Assembly (NCBI GenBank): GCA_977020255.1
Contig: CDROCS010004653.1
Location: 62,001 to 126,000, forward strand
Direction of reading: 5' to 3'
Source of the DNA: Obrimoposthia wandeli
Lineage: Eukaryota
Length of the DNA: 64,000 bases
How positions within the stretch are numbered: position 1 is the stretch's first letter; every line of letters starts with the position of its first letter. The notes under the pieces are model-generated. The model was given only the letters and a program-made list of their open reading frames with translations. It had not been told where the DNA came from and ran no database searches. Made by a program: the position numbers and the translations under genes. Shown here one piece after another: positions 31,492-40,375 of the stretch.

Positions 31492-32409
31492 ATGGCGCCT
31501 ATGCATATATCACATGGCAAAGATCCTCAATCTCGACTTCCACCGCTAACGCCTTTGCATACATTTGTCGTGACTGCCAGATTTTTAAGCTTTACCGCAG
31601 CAGCCGACTATTTATGCCTGACACAAGGGTCGGTTAGCCGACAGATTGCAACTTTGGAGGATGCGCTAGGATTTATGCTGTTCGAACGGCACTCAAAAGG
31701 CTTGAACCTAAGTGCTAAAGGAGCTGCGCTATTACCTGGAATGCAGCAAGCTTTTGAACTCATAAAAACCAACATTGAGAGCGTTACTAGCGCCAAACCC
31801 GCTCTTAAAATTCACACTCCGACCTGCATTATGCGCTGGTTAATGCCCAAGCTAGTCAGTTTTCGCCGCCATTACCCAAAGCTTGCGATAGAGATTACCA
31901 CCAGCGTCAAACACGATATTGATCTTGCAGATTCACCATTTGACGCCGCCATTACTTATGGCCTACCCAGTGAAGAGTCTGAGCATAATGTATTGCTATT
32001 TCGTGAAAAACTAACCCCCATCTGCCAGCCCGAAGTCTTTAAAAAACAGTTTAACGCGCAGCTTTCTCTTAATGATAACCTGCAAAATTTTAGCTGGCTG
32101 CACGCCACAGAAGATAGAAGTGATTGGCGACTCTGGTTAGCCGCTGCAGGAGGCGAGCAATGGCAACCTTCAGAGCATCAACACTTTCCTACTTTAGATT
32201 TGACCATGACAGCCGCTGCACAAGGATTGGGGATTGCTATGGGTGACAAAACAATAATCATAGATGACTTGCAACAGGGGCAGCTATTGGCACCTTTTTC
32301 ATTGTCGGTCAGTACGGGGGCTTGTTACTTGTTTAACTATTCCAAAAACTCACCTTTACAGGCAGATCTTAGCCTTTTTTCTAAATGGCTGATGGCACCC
32401 GTAAACTAA
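31492..32409 (+). CDS. LysR-family regulator (GcvA-like), divergent from the aminotransferase operon
   Basis: RLPPLTPLHTF, SFTAAADYLCLTQGSVSRQIATLE, AAAQGLGIA. Confidence 0.92.
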   Translation: MAPMHISHGKDPQSRLPPLTPLHTFVVTARFLSFTAAADYLCLTQGSVSRQIATLEDALGFMLFERHSKGLNLSAKGAALLPGMQQAFELIKTNIESVTSAKPALKIHTPTCIMRWLMPKLVSFRRHYPKLAIEITTSVKHDIDLADSPFDAAITYGLPSEESEHNVLLFREKLTPICQPEVFKKQFNAQLSLNDNLQNFSWLHATEDRSDWRLWLAAAGGEQWQPSEHQHFPTLDLTMTAAAQGLGIAMGDKTIIIDDLQQGQLLAPFSLSVSTGACYLFNYSKNSPLQADLSLFSKWLMAPVN

Positions 32410-32656
32410 GTGTTTTCAAGTGCCATTATTGAAAGCGGTACTTGGATGGCGCAGCTTGCTATTAGAATGATTGGAATTCACTCCATTCGCTTTCAAAAAA
32501 CACTCGTCAACCGTTAATATATACAGAACTCGAACACTCATCAATTACCAATTACCATCGATAAAACCACCGCCTTAGTTAAGCTTGACTGCAAACTATA
32601 AATACATATTTTAAAACCAAATAGTTAATTAGAGTTATTAGTAAAATATAGAAGTA

Positions 32657-33073
32657 TTAGAGCTGCGACATATTTAATTGAGTCACTTTAACTACTTGGG
32701 TGAATAACATATCTTTAGGATAATTAATAACTAGTTCAAAAAAATCTGCCTTATTAAATGCTAACTCATAGCGATTTTTCGATAGTTCAGTGACCTCGTT
32801 TAAGAAGTAGCTGTGGTAAAAAGCGTTAAAGCTATGTTTACCAACAACGTTGAAGCGCTTATTGAGAACGACAATTTCGCAGCCTTCTTCAAATGGGCAA
32901 TCCCAATTTGTAAATAGCAGAAAATAGTCAATTAACTCAAACTGCTGGTCTATGACATATCCCAAAACTTTTACACTAATGTCTTCACCACAATAGAATA
33001 ATTGGGATTTTAAAGGTCGGTTTTCATACTCTTCTTCATGCTCTTGTAATGAAAAATCATCGACTAAACGCAC
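32657..33073 (-). CDS. Hypothetical protein
   Basis: 138-aa aromatic-rich ORF with GTG start and AAGG RBS; no family recognised. Confidence 0.65.
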   Translation of the reverse strand: MRLVDDFSLQEHEEEYENRPLKSQLFYCGEDISVKVLGYVIDQQFELIDYFLLFTNWDCPFEEGCEIVVLNKRFNVVGKHSFNAFYHSYFLNEVTELSKNRYELAFNKADFFELVINYPKDMLFTQVVKVTQLNMSQL

Positions 33074-33383
33074 ACGCTTCCTTTATTTGTATAACGCAGT
33101 TCAAGCCGCTATAGCAACTATAATTAATTACTTTGCACTATTTAAAACTATTGCTTGGGAGAAACAAAAATAGGATTAAAGAATCATCCGAGTGTGTTGC
33201 TGAGTATTTTTATATGTCGAAAGATAGTAATTGACAAGGTTTGCAGCTGTAATTCAAGACAGAGAAATTACACCTTCAGTCTTCTGCCAATTTAGCTCGA
33301 CATACATCATACTTTTTCACCTGTTTCACCTGAGGCTTTTCAGCTTCAATAGTGAACTGAACTCGGTTGCAATTTCAAACCAT

Positions 33384-35741
33384 TTAATCATTAAAAACCA
33401 GTGATGATATAGGTACAGGTTTACCCACACCGTATCCTTGCAGGTAGTTAATACCAATACCCTGACAGGCATTAACTAATGCGTCGTTTTCTACATATTC
33501 TGCTATCGTCTCTATCTGCATGACCTTACCAACCTGGTGAATAGCTTGCACCATCGCCAAGTCGATCGGGTCATCCACCATATCGCGTACAAACGAGCCA
33601 TCTATTTTAAGATAGTTAACAGGGAAGCTTTTTAAATAAGCGAACGATGAAAGGCCACTGCCAAAATCATCAAGAGCAAAGCTACAACCTAGTTCTTTTA
33701 GGCTGTTGATGAGTAATAGAGCTTGCGACATGTTGGCAATAGCCGTGGTCTCGGTTATTTCAAAGCAAACCTGACTTCCCTGCACTATTCCATCTGCAAA
33801 ATGATCAGCCACAAACTGGGAGAATGCTGCATCCCCTAAACATGCACCAGATAGATTGATCGCTACTTTGGGAGTGTGAGCGGCGTTGGTTTTTAGCCAG
33901 CTAAATGTTTGGCTAATAACCCATCGATCAATGTTCGACATGATGCCATATCGCTCCGCTGGTGGGATAAATTCATTTGGATATATTATCTGGTTATTGT
34001 CTGACAATAGGCGGATTAAGATTTCATAGTGGTGTACTTTTAAAGACTCAGCATGCACGATAGGTTGGACATGTAGCTCAAATTGATTCTTATCAATGGC
34101 CTCTGTAATCCTGTTTACCCACTCTAACTCAGCTTCTTTGACAGCGCCTTCCTTTGCCTGAAAAATATGGGTGCGGTTTCGGCCTAAAGCTTTGGCTTCG
34201 TAGCAAGCCATATCGGCCTGATGAATGTAATTTTTAACCGAGTCGCTTTCATGAATGGAGACAAATCCAATAGATATGCCAATACGAAATGATTTCTCTT
34301 GCCAGATAAAGCGAAAACTATCTGCTGTCTCCCTCAGTTTTTCAGCAATTTCTAGTCCTACTTCTGTAGAACAATCGTGGAGTAACACACCAAATTCATC
34401 CCCACCTAAGCGCGCTAACAGGTCAACTTTTCGAATATGTTTCCCAAGGGATAACGCCAATTGCCTTAGTAAATCGTCACCGGCGGCATGCCCACAAGTA
34501 TCATTTACAACTTTGAATTGGTCTAAGTCCATAAATAGAATGATATGAGAAACGGTTTCATTATTGTCACTTGGAATAGCGAGCTGTAATCGGCGTTCAA
34601 ATTCACGCCTGTTAGGTAATCGGGTCAGTGAGTCATGGTTAGCGTTCCAATTCAGCTCCTGAATTAATTGCCTAGAGCTAGTTACATCGTGAAACACGAG
34701 AATTGCACCCAGAACTTTCCCATCAACATCAATGATAGGTGCCGCAGAGCCATTAATCGCTTTCTCATTAGCAAATTTACTGATTAATAAAGATTGATCT
34801 CTACAATGCTGGATAGTCCCAGATGAAACTGCAATTTTGACTAAATCAGGGACTATCTCACCCGTTATTTCATGCAAAACCTTAAACACACTGGAAACTG
34901 GTTGGGCAACGGCATCACTGTTTGTCCAGCCAGTTAATGCCTCAGCCACTGGATTAATAAACTCAACCAAACCAGATTCGTCACAGACAATAACCCCGTC
35001 AATGATCGAATTCAAAGTGATATGTGACTTTTCTTTTTCATTAGTTAATTTTTTATACGAATCCCTGGTATTTTGTTGTAACTGATTAAAGGCCGAGGCG
35101 ACTAGATCTAGTTCATCAGGAAGCGAACCAGGTTTCTTACGGCGGTTGAACGTGAGTAGAGTATTATTAGCTTGAGGCCGAAAGCTTTGAAAACTCTCGA
35201 GTAATCGATATAAATGCCGAGTGACCAGATAATGGAAAAATAAGATGATAAACCCGGCCACCAAGAATGTTTTCAGAGCGTTGGTGGCCAATATTAGGAG
35301 CCCCTTATCAAAGAGCTGTTCGTACACTTCATCGAGGTTACCCAATACTCGAAGCGTACCGATATCTAACAAGTTATTCTGATGCCGATACTCCAATGGG
35401 ATGCTGTGCTCTATAGCGTTGGCATTATCCTGGTTACCCGCTTGCCAGCGAACAGCGTCGTCGACCAATATTGCAAGATATTCTATGCCCTGCAGTTTCA
35501 CCAGGCTTTCGAGCTGTGTTTGTATTTGATCGTGATCGACGACCCAAACACTATTAATGATAACCGGCAGGCTGCTTACTTCAATTTCATGCAGGTTTTT
35601 GTTGATCGCTTGCACGGATTGGCGATAGTCGAAATACAACTGTATCGAGGTAGTTAACAGTGTCAGTAATGTACTAAACAGCACAACACCAAAAATTAGG
35701 CGTTTTGCAATAAAATTATCTTTACGCAGTACCTGCTTCAT
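33384..35741 (-). CDS. Membrane sensor PAS-GGDEF-EAL diguanylate cyclase/phosphodiesterase
   Basis: Two TM segments around a periplasmic domain, HAMP-like DELD, PAS, HDSLTRLPNR, RKVD I-site plus GGDEF, EIL, DDFGSGLSS, KIDGSF, AEYVE. Confidence 0.93.
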   Translation of the reverse strand: MKQVLRKDNFIAKRLIFGVVLFSTLLTLLTTSIQLYFDYRQSVQAINKNLHEIEVSSLPVIINSVWVVDHDQIQTQLESLVKLQGIEYLAILVDDAVRWQAGNQDNANAIEHSIPLEYRHQNNLLDIGTLRVLGNLDEVYEQLFDKGLLILATNALKTFLVAGFIILFFHYLVTRHLYRLLESFQSFRPQANNTLLTFNRRKKPGSLPDELDLVASAFNQLQQNTRDSYKKLTNEKEKSHITLNSIIDGVIVCDESGLVEFINPVAEALTGWTNSDAVAQPVSSVFKVLHEITGEIVPDLVKIAVSSGTIQHCRDQSLLISKFANEKAINGSAAPIIDVDGKVLGAILVFHDVTSSRQLIQELNWNANHDSLTRLPNRREFERRLQLAIPSDNNETVSHIILFMDLDQFKVVNDTCGHAAGDDLLRQLALSLGKHIRKVDLLARLGGDEFGVLLHDCSTEVGLEIAEKLRETADSFRFIWQEKSFRIGISIGFVSIHESDSVKNYIHQADMACYEAKALGRNRTHIFQAKEGAVKEAELEWVNRITEAIDKNQFELHVQPIVHAESLKVHHYEILIRLLSDNNQIIYPNEFIPPAERYGIMSNIDRWVISQTFSWLKTNAAHTPKVAINLSGACLGDAAFSQFVADHFADGIVQGSQVCFEITETTAIANMSQALLLINSLKELGCSFALDDFGSGLSSFAYLKSFPVNYLKIDGSFVRDMVDDPIDLAMVQAIHQVGKVMQIETIAEYVENDALVNACQGIGINYLQGYGVGKPVPISSLVFND

Positions 35742-35825
35742 ATTACCCCTTCCATTACCTAAAATATTTGTAACGATTGGCTATTCAGACAGAAAAAGTA
35801 TGTAACCAATGCAAGTGATAGGTGC

Positions 35826-36560
35826 TTATTCAATTTTAAGGTACTTCATCTGAATTTTCTCATACACACCGTTCATCTTTATCATTTTTAAACCATCTTT
35901 AAATGCGCTTACCAATTCTGCATCTGAACCTTGACTAAAAGCCAGATAAAGTTGATCTGATAATTCATCAAGCCGCAAGACCCGTTCGAACAAAGAAGCA
36001 TCTAATCCTTCTTCTTGTAACATATAAACGAACGATGCTTCTTCGTATCCAATTAAATCAATACGATTATTAGCGAGTAAGCGCAGATTATGCACATGTG
36101 TTGAGACAGTTCTGAGTGAGGTAAAATCATGTCTATGTAAGTAAGCGGCCGTCACATCATTGAGTGACACACCAATCTGATACTTTTTAGCTTCGTCAAT
36201 CGAATTAACTTGAATAGACTTGTTAGCTTTGAGTTTATATAGCGATATTTTATAGGGTGCGATTGCACCTACCCAATCAAATAACGCTTCGCGCTCAGGG
36301 ATTCGAGCGATCGAATAAATCAGGGTGTTTTTATCAGTCTGAGCGATTTCATAGGCACGCGTCCAAGGATAGAATTCGATCGGGGCTTCAAGTTTGATTT
36401 GTTGTAACACTGCCTGAATAACTTCGCTAGATAACCCTTTTGCTTCATCACCCACCTGAAAGTTAAAAGGCGCAAATTCTTCAGTTACAATTCTCAACGA
36501 CTGCGCTTGCAACGAACTCACCATTAATAGCAAGAGGAGTAATACAATATGATTTTTCAT
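35826..36560 (-). CDS. Solo periplasmic substrate-binding protein (family 3, amino-acid type)
   Basis: Signal peptide, VTEEFAPFNF, YPWTRAYE, RIPERE, YLAFS; no transporter genes adjacent. Confidence 0.85.
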   Translation of the reverse strand: MKNHIVLLLLLLMVSSLQAQSLRIVTEEFAPFNFQVGDEAKGLSSEVIQAVLQQIKLEAPIEFYPWTRAYEIAQTDKNTLIYSIARIPEREALFDWVGAIAPYKISLYKLKANKSIQVNSIDEAKKYQIGVSLNDVTAAYLHRHDFTSLRTVSTHVHNLRLLANNRIDLIGYEEASFVYMLQEEGLDASLFERVLRLDELSDQLYLAFSQGSDAELVSAFKDGLKMIKMNGVYEKIQMKYLKIE

Positions 36561-36953
36561 AAAAACAAATATACCTCATGAGCTCCTATTTATCAGCAAG
36601 TGAGTATAACATACAGATAAGAAAAGAAAAGTTGGAGGTAATTTGTCGTTTTTCGAACTCTTTTCAAAGCACTGCATCAACTTTATAATGATCGGTCGCA
36701 CTCTGTTTTTGGCTCAAACCCCGATTAAATCTAACTGACAGCGCTTAGCTTCGTGAACAACTTACTCGGGGAGCTACTCTTAATCTAGCTGATAAATATA
36801 CTTTAGAGTTTGCTGCTAGATTGGGCGACAAAACTACAGCAACTCCACACCAAGTCTACCGATTGTGTACTTTCTATGCGTGTATTACCTCAAGGAGCTT
36901 TTTGCTGATTTTTCTCGCTACTAGTAACTGATTTTCTCTCGTCACTTTCCAAT

Positions 36954-37934
36954 CTAATATGGCGGAAAATCTTCTACGCTATAAGCTTCTTGTTTCAACC
37001 AAGGCTCACGCGTAGTGAGTTGAGGCACTAACTGCTGATCAAAAATTTCACGGCAAATCTGCGTCACTTGTAATGGTAATTCACCAAGCTCTTCACGGCG
37101 CGCCAAGACAAAAATATAGCGTGCGTGGCTTCCAGGCTCTATGGGTAAAATACTCATACCTTCAAGTAGTACTGGGTTTTGCATCAAGCTCATAATAGGC
37201 ACAAACGCCCAGCCCTGCCCGCTTTGTACAAAGCGTAACAGTGTAGAGGTGCTATCTAACTCGTAACGCAACACTTGTTCCACACCGATGCGTCTGGCAA
37301 TTAGCTGAGTTAAGCTGCCCAGGCGCATTTGTCGGTTGTAACTGATGCAAGGTAACTGTGTGGTAACGCCCTTCACTGTGCCATCGGTCTGCGCCAACAG
37401 TTCATTAGCTACGATCAACACAAAAGGATCACGCAATACTGGATATACTTCAAGTTCAGGATGCTGCTGCATTTGATCACTGGTGATCAATATATCAATA
37501 TCACGATTGAGCAAAGCATCTTTTAAAGGTGCCATCATCCCTGTGCGCAAGGATAATTTGCGCGCAGAACTTGCCAAACGCTGCATAGTAAGCTGGCCTG
37601 CTACATCGGCAAAGGAATCTATCATTCCTAAACGTAATTGATCTAGCCCACCACTTGACGCGAGCTGCACGGCAGCCACCATTTGCTGATGCTCACCCAA
37701 TAGCGATTTAGCATAACGCAATAACACTTGCCCACTTAAGGTCAGTTGTGTTGGCCTGGATCGGCGTACCACAAGCGGTACTGCTAATTGCTGCTCAAGT
37801 TGCTTTAAAGATTGGGAAACGGCCGATTGCGTGATTTGCAAACGCTCTGCCGCTTGGGTAATTGTTTCAGCTTCAGCAATGGCAATAAAAGTTTTTAAAG
37901 CCGCTAATTCAGTAAATTTTTCGTTTTTTAACAC
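36954..37934 (-). CDS. LysR-family transcriptional regulator
   Basis: TITQAAERLQITQSAVSQSLKQLE, RPTQLTLSG. Confidence 0.92.
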   Translation of the reverse strand: MLKNEKFTELAALKTFIAIAEAETITQAAERLQITQSAVSQSLKQLEQQLAVPLVVRRSRPTQLTLSGQVLLRYAKSLLGEHQQMVAAVQLASSGGLDQLRLGMIDSFADVAGQLTMQRLASSARKLSLRTGMMAPLKDALLNRDIDILITSDQMQQHPELEVYPVLRDPFVLIVANELLAQTDGTVKGVTTQLPCISYNRQMRLGSLTQLIARRIGVEQVLRYELDSTSTLLRFVQSGQGWAFVPIMSLMQNPVLLEGMSILPIEPGSHARYIFVLARREELGELPLQVTQICREIFDQQLVPQLTTREPWLKQEAYSVEDFPPY

Positions 37935-38043
37935 CTGAACCTACTGCTACTCATTTGAATGAAGGCGATAATAACATGAACTTAGCGAACTATTGCGCTA
38001 ATTTTTACACACAACCCTGATAATAAACCTTACAGCACCAGAC

Positions 38044-38075
38044 AAAAAAAACGCCAGACAGATGCCTAGCGTTTT
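38044..38075 (-). terminator. Rho-independent terminator after the oxidase cluster
   Basis: Minus strand aaaacgctag...ctggcgtttttttt stem followed by a U-tract. Confidence 0.65.
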
Positions 38076-38143
38076 AGTTTGTAGCTTCTAGTGCTTATCT
38101 TTTAACTCGCTTCTCGTAACTCACTACTCGAAACTGCCTTTGT

Positions 38144-39484
38144 CTAGCTCCAAGGAAAAGGGCTATTAGAAGTAGGATGTAGCTTACCTTGTGCAAAACG
38201 TGAGAAACGAAACGGCTCTAACAAGCTTGGTTTTTCGCCAACAATTTGCTCAGCGACTAATTTACCCACGCCCAGCATTTTATAGCCGTGGTTTGAATCA
38301 GCCACTACAAAACAGTTTTTACGGAAGGTATCAAATACCGGGAAGCTATCAGGGGTAAAGCAACCAATGCCGCCAGATGCTTCATCCTTGTACTTTGGAA
38401 TAGTCCCTTCAAAACGCTTTTGACAATGCGCCAATGCGGATACCCACATGTGTGCAAAATCAGGGCCTACGATGAATTCTGGTGATTCAGGTCCGTAAGG
38501 ATCTACTTGTACTTTATCCGCTGGCTTATCAACGATAAACGGAGCAGCACCACCTTGTACACCACCGAAATGATAATCAGGCTTGTAGTAAATGCCCCAC
38601 ATCTCGTCGGTAATTAATGATCCATCAACATCAGAATAAAGAGGCGCGTTACTATCTACGTGGATTACGGGCGGCATTTTGCCATCATTGGTTACTTGCA
38701 GGCCTGGATCTACTCCTAGCGTACCCTCTTGAAGTGACCAGTAAACCCACATTGGCACATCAGTAATGATCTTGCCGTTAGGGTTTTTAACATCAATCTG
38801 CTTGGGTAAATCAAGCATTTCCCAGAACGATTTAACCCAAGGGCCTGCGCCAATTACGACGTAATCAGTTTCTATATCACCTTGGTCTGTTTGTACTTTA
38901 GTGATAGCACCATCCGTTGCTTCAACAAAACCTGTCACGGTAACGCCAGTAATAATGCGCACACCTTCTGCTTCTGCTTTAGCCGCTAAGCCATACATCG
39001 CTTTAGTGTTGTTCGCATAACCACCTGGCATTTCGTGCAGTACTGAAGTAATGCCTTGTGCTTGCCAATCATGAAAAATACCCTTCATATAGTTAGAACA
39101 GTCTTTCTCGCCTTCGATAAACTTAGAATCGTAACCTATCGCTTGCTGCTGCTGATAAATAGATGCCACATCGCAGTGCATTGATTCAGGGCTAATCTGC
39201 ATGTAACCAACAGGGTGATAGCTATAAGCTTGTGGATCGCTCTCCCATACTTTTACACTGTGCGCCATTAGCTCACGCATCGCAGGCTGGAAGTAGTTAT
39301 TGCGAATAACACCACAAGCGATGCCGGTAGCACCTGCTGTTATGCCTGATTTATCGAGGATAATAATATCTTCGCCACTACCTTTTCCGCGCTGTTTTAG
39401 TTCTAGTGCGAGATGGTATGCGGTACTCAATCCATGAATGCCTGCACCGACAATCACATAAGGGGAACTCTTTGGAAACGCCAT
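38144..39484 (-). CDS. FAD-dependent oxidoreductase, N-methylglutamate dehydrogenase subunit A (MgdA)-like second beta subunit
   Basis: IVGAGIHG FAD motif; GIACGVIRNNYFQPAMRELMAHS and DSNHGYKM recalled as MgdA-type (not verified by search). Confidence 0.75.
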   Translation of the reverse strand: MAFPKSSPYVIVGAGIHGLSTAYHLALELKQRGKGSGEDIIILDKSGITAGATGIACGVIRNNYFQPAMRELMAHSVKVWESDPQAYSYHPVGYMQISPESMHCDVASIYQQQQAIGYDSKFIEGEKDCSNYMKGIFHDWQAQGITSVLHEMPGGYANNTKAMYGLAAKAEAEGVRIITGVTVTGFVEATDGAITKVQTDQGDIETDYVVIGAGPWVKSFWEMLDLPKQIDVKNPNGKIITDVPMWVYWSLQEGTLGVDPGLQVTNDGKMPPVIHVDSNAPLYSDVDGSLITDEMWGIYYKPDYHFGGVQGGAAPFIVDKPADKVQVDPYGPESPEFIVGPDFAHMWVSALAHCQKRFEGTIPKYKDEASGGIGCFTPDSFPVFDTFRKNCFVVADSNHGYKMLGVGKLVAEQIVGEKPSLLEPFRFSRFAQGKLHPTSNSPFPWS

Positions 39485-39549
39485 GTTATTATTCCTATTA
39501 TTAGCCGTTCTTACTTGTTTATGTATTGTTTAAATACATGCTTTATCTA

Positions 39550-40308
39550 TTACTGTTCGTTAAAAACCGCCGCTAAACCCACCGGTTTACCGTTAAATTC
39601 CATCATCGCATCACATATACTTTCCCACACAAATGCCACTGAGCTTGAATCACACAACAGATGAAAAGCGGGGGTTGTTGTATTAGTAGCATTAGCTGAA
39701 CTACTCTCATCTGATCCATCAACCGTAAGATCATCACGAATCAATATACCGTTGATTCTGGCGATAGAGGTTTGCGCAATGCTTAAGTTAGCAAACTCGG
39801 TCTCTCGCAGATCAATGCCGCATACTTTTGACAACATCGCGCGCACTTCGCACCCTGTGAGATACAGCCAAGCATGGCTATCGTTGCGCGGCAATGAATA
39901 GCAGGCAACATCGCTTTGCATGCTCCAGCTTTGCGGCAATTTAGTAGGTAATGGTGCGCTTATGGCTAAATCACTTAGTATCAAATGCTCTTGCATTGAA
40001 AGACGCGCGACTAAAGAGCCGTCATCTTGCTTCACTGCTTGGTTAGGGATTTCAGGAATATTCACGCCTTGGTCAGTTAACCACTGTGGTGCTTCACACC
40101 CTTTGAACCCTGATCTTGGCAGCGTCGATAAATCGACCATTGCTAATGATTTAAGCTGCGCGCGTTCTTCATCAAGTTGGGTATTATAATGGCGAACAAC
40201 TATTGAGCCTTGATACTGCGCAAACTGTGCACCTAAGGTTGCTTGTACACTACATAACATACTGCGGCGTAGGTTGCTTTGGGGCGTGGTATTTACGAAT
40301 TCACTCAT
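39550..40308 (-). CDS. soxG: Sarcosine oxidase gamma/MgdD-like subunit
   Basis: DLSTLPRSGFKG, MLSKVCGIDLR, AQTSIARI; position after the alpha subunit. Confidence 0.8.
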   Translation of the reverse strand: MSEFVNTTPQSNLRRSMLCSVQATLGAQFAQYQGSIVVRHYNTQLDEERAQLKSLAMVDLSTLPRSGFKGCEAPQWLTDQGVNIPEIPNQAVKQDDGSLVARLSMQEHLILSDLAISAPLPTKLPQSWSMQSDVACYSLPRNDSHAWLYLTGCEVRAMLSKVCGIDLRETEFANLSIAQTSIARINGILIRDDLTVDGSDESSSANATNTTTPAFHLLCDSSSVAFVWESICDAMMEFNGKPVGLAAVFNEQ

Positions 40309-40375
40309 GACTTTTCCTCAGCATCTCTACCTATATTTATCGCAGTTTCTCTCGACATGTTAATCGTCATGTTAC

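Noticed and set aside
33180-33380. Possible pseudogene or transposase remnant (RVQFTIEAEKPQVKQVKKYDVCRAKLAED) or a c-di-GMP riboswitch
   Set aside because: Short, interrupted frames with no recognisable family; the GEMM motifs (GCAAACC...GACGCAAAGC) do not line up.
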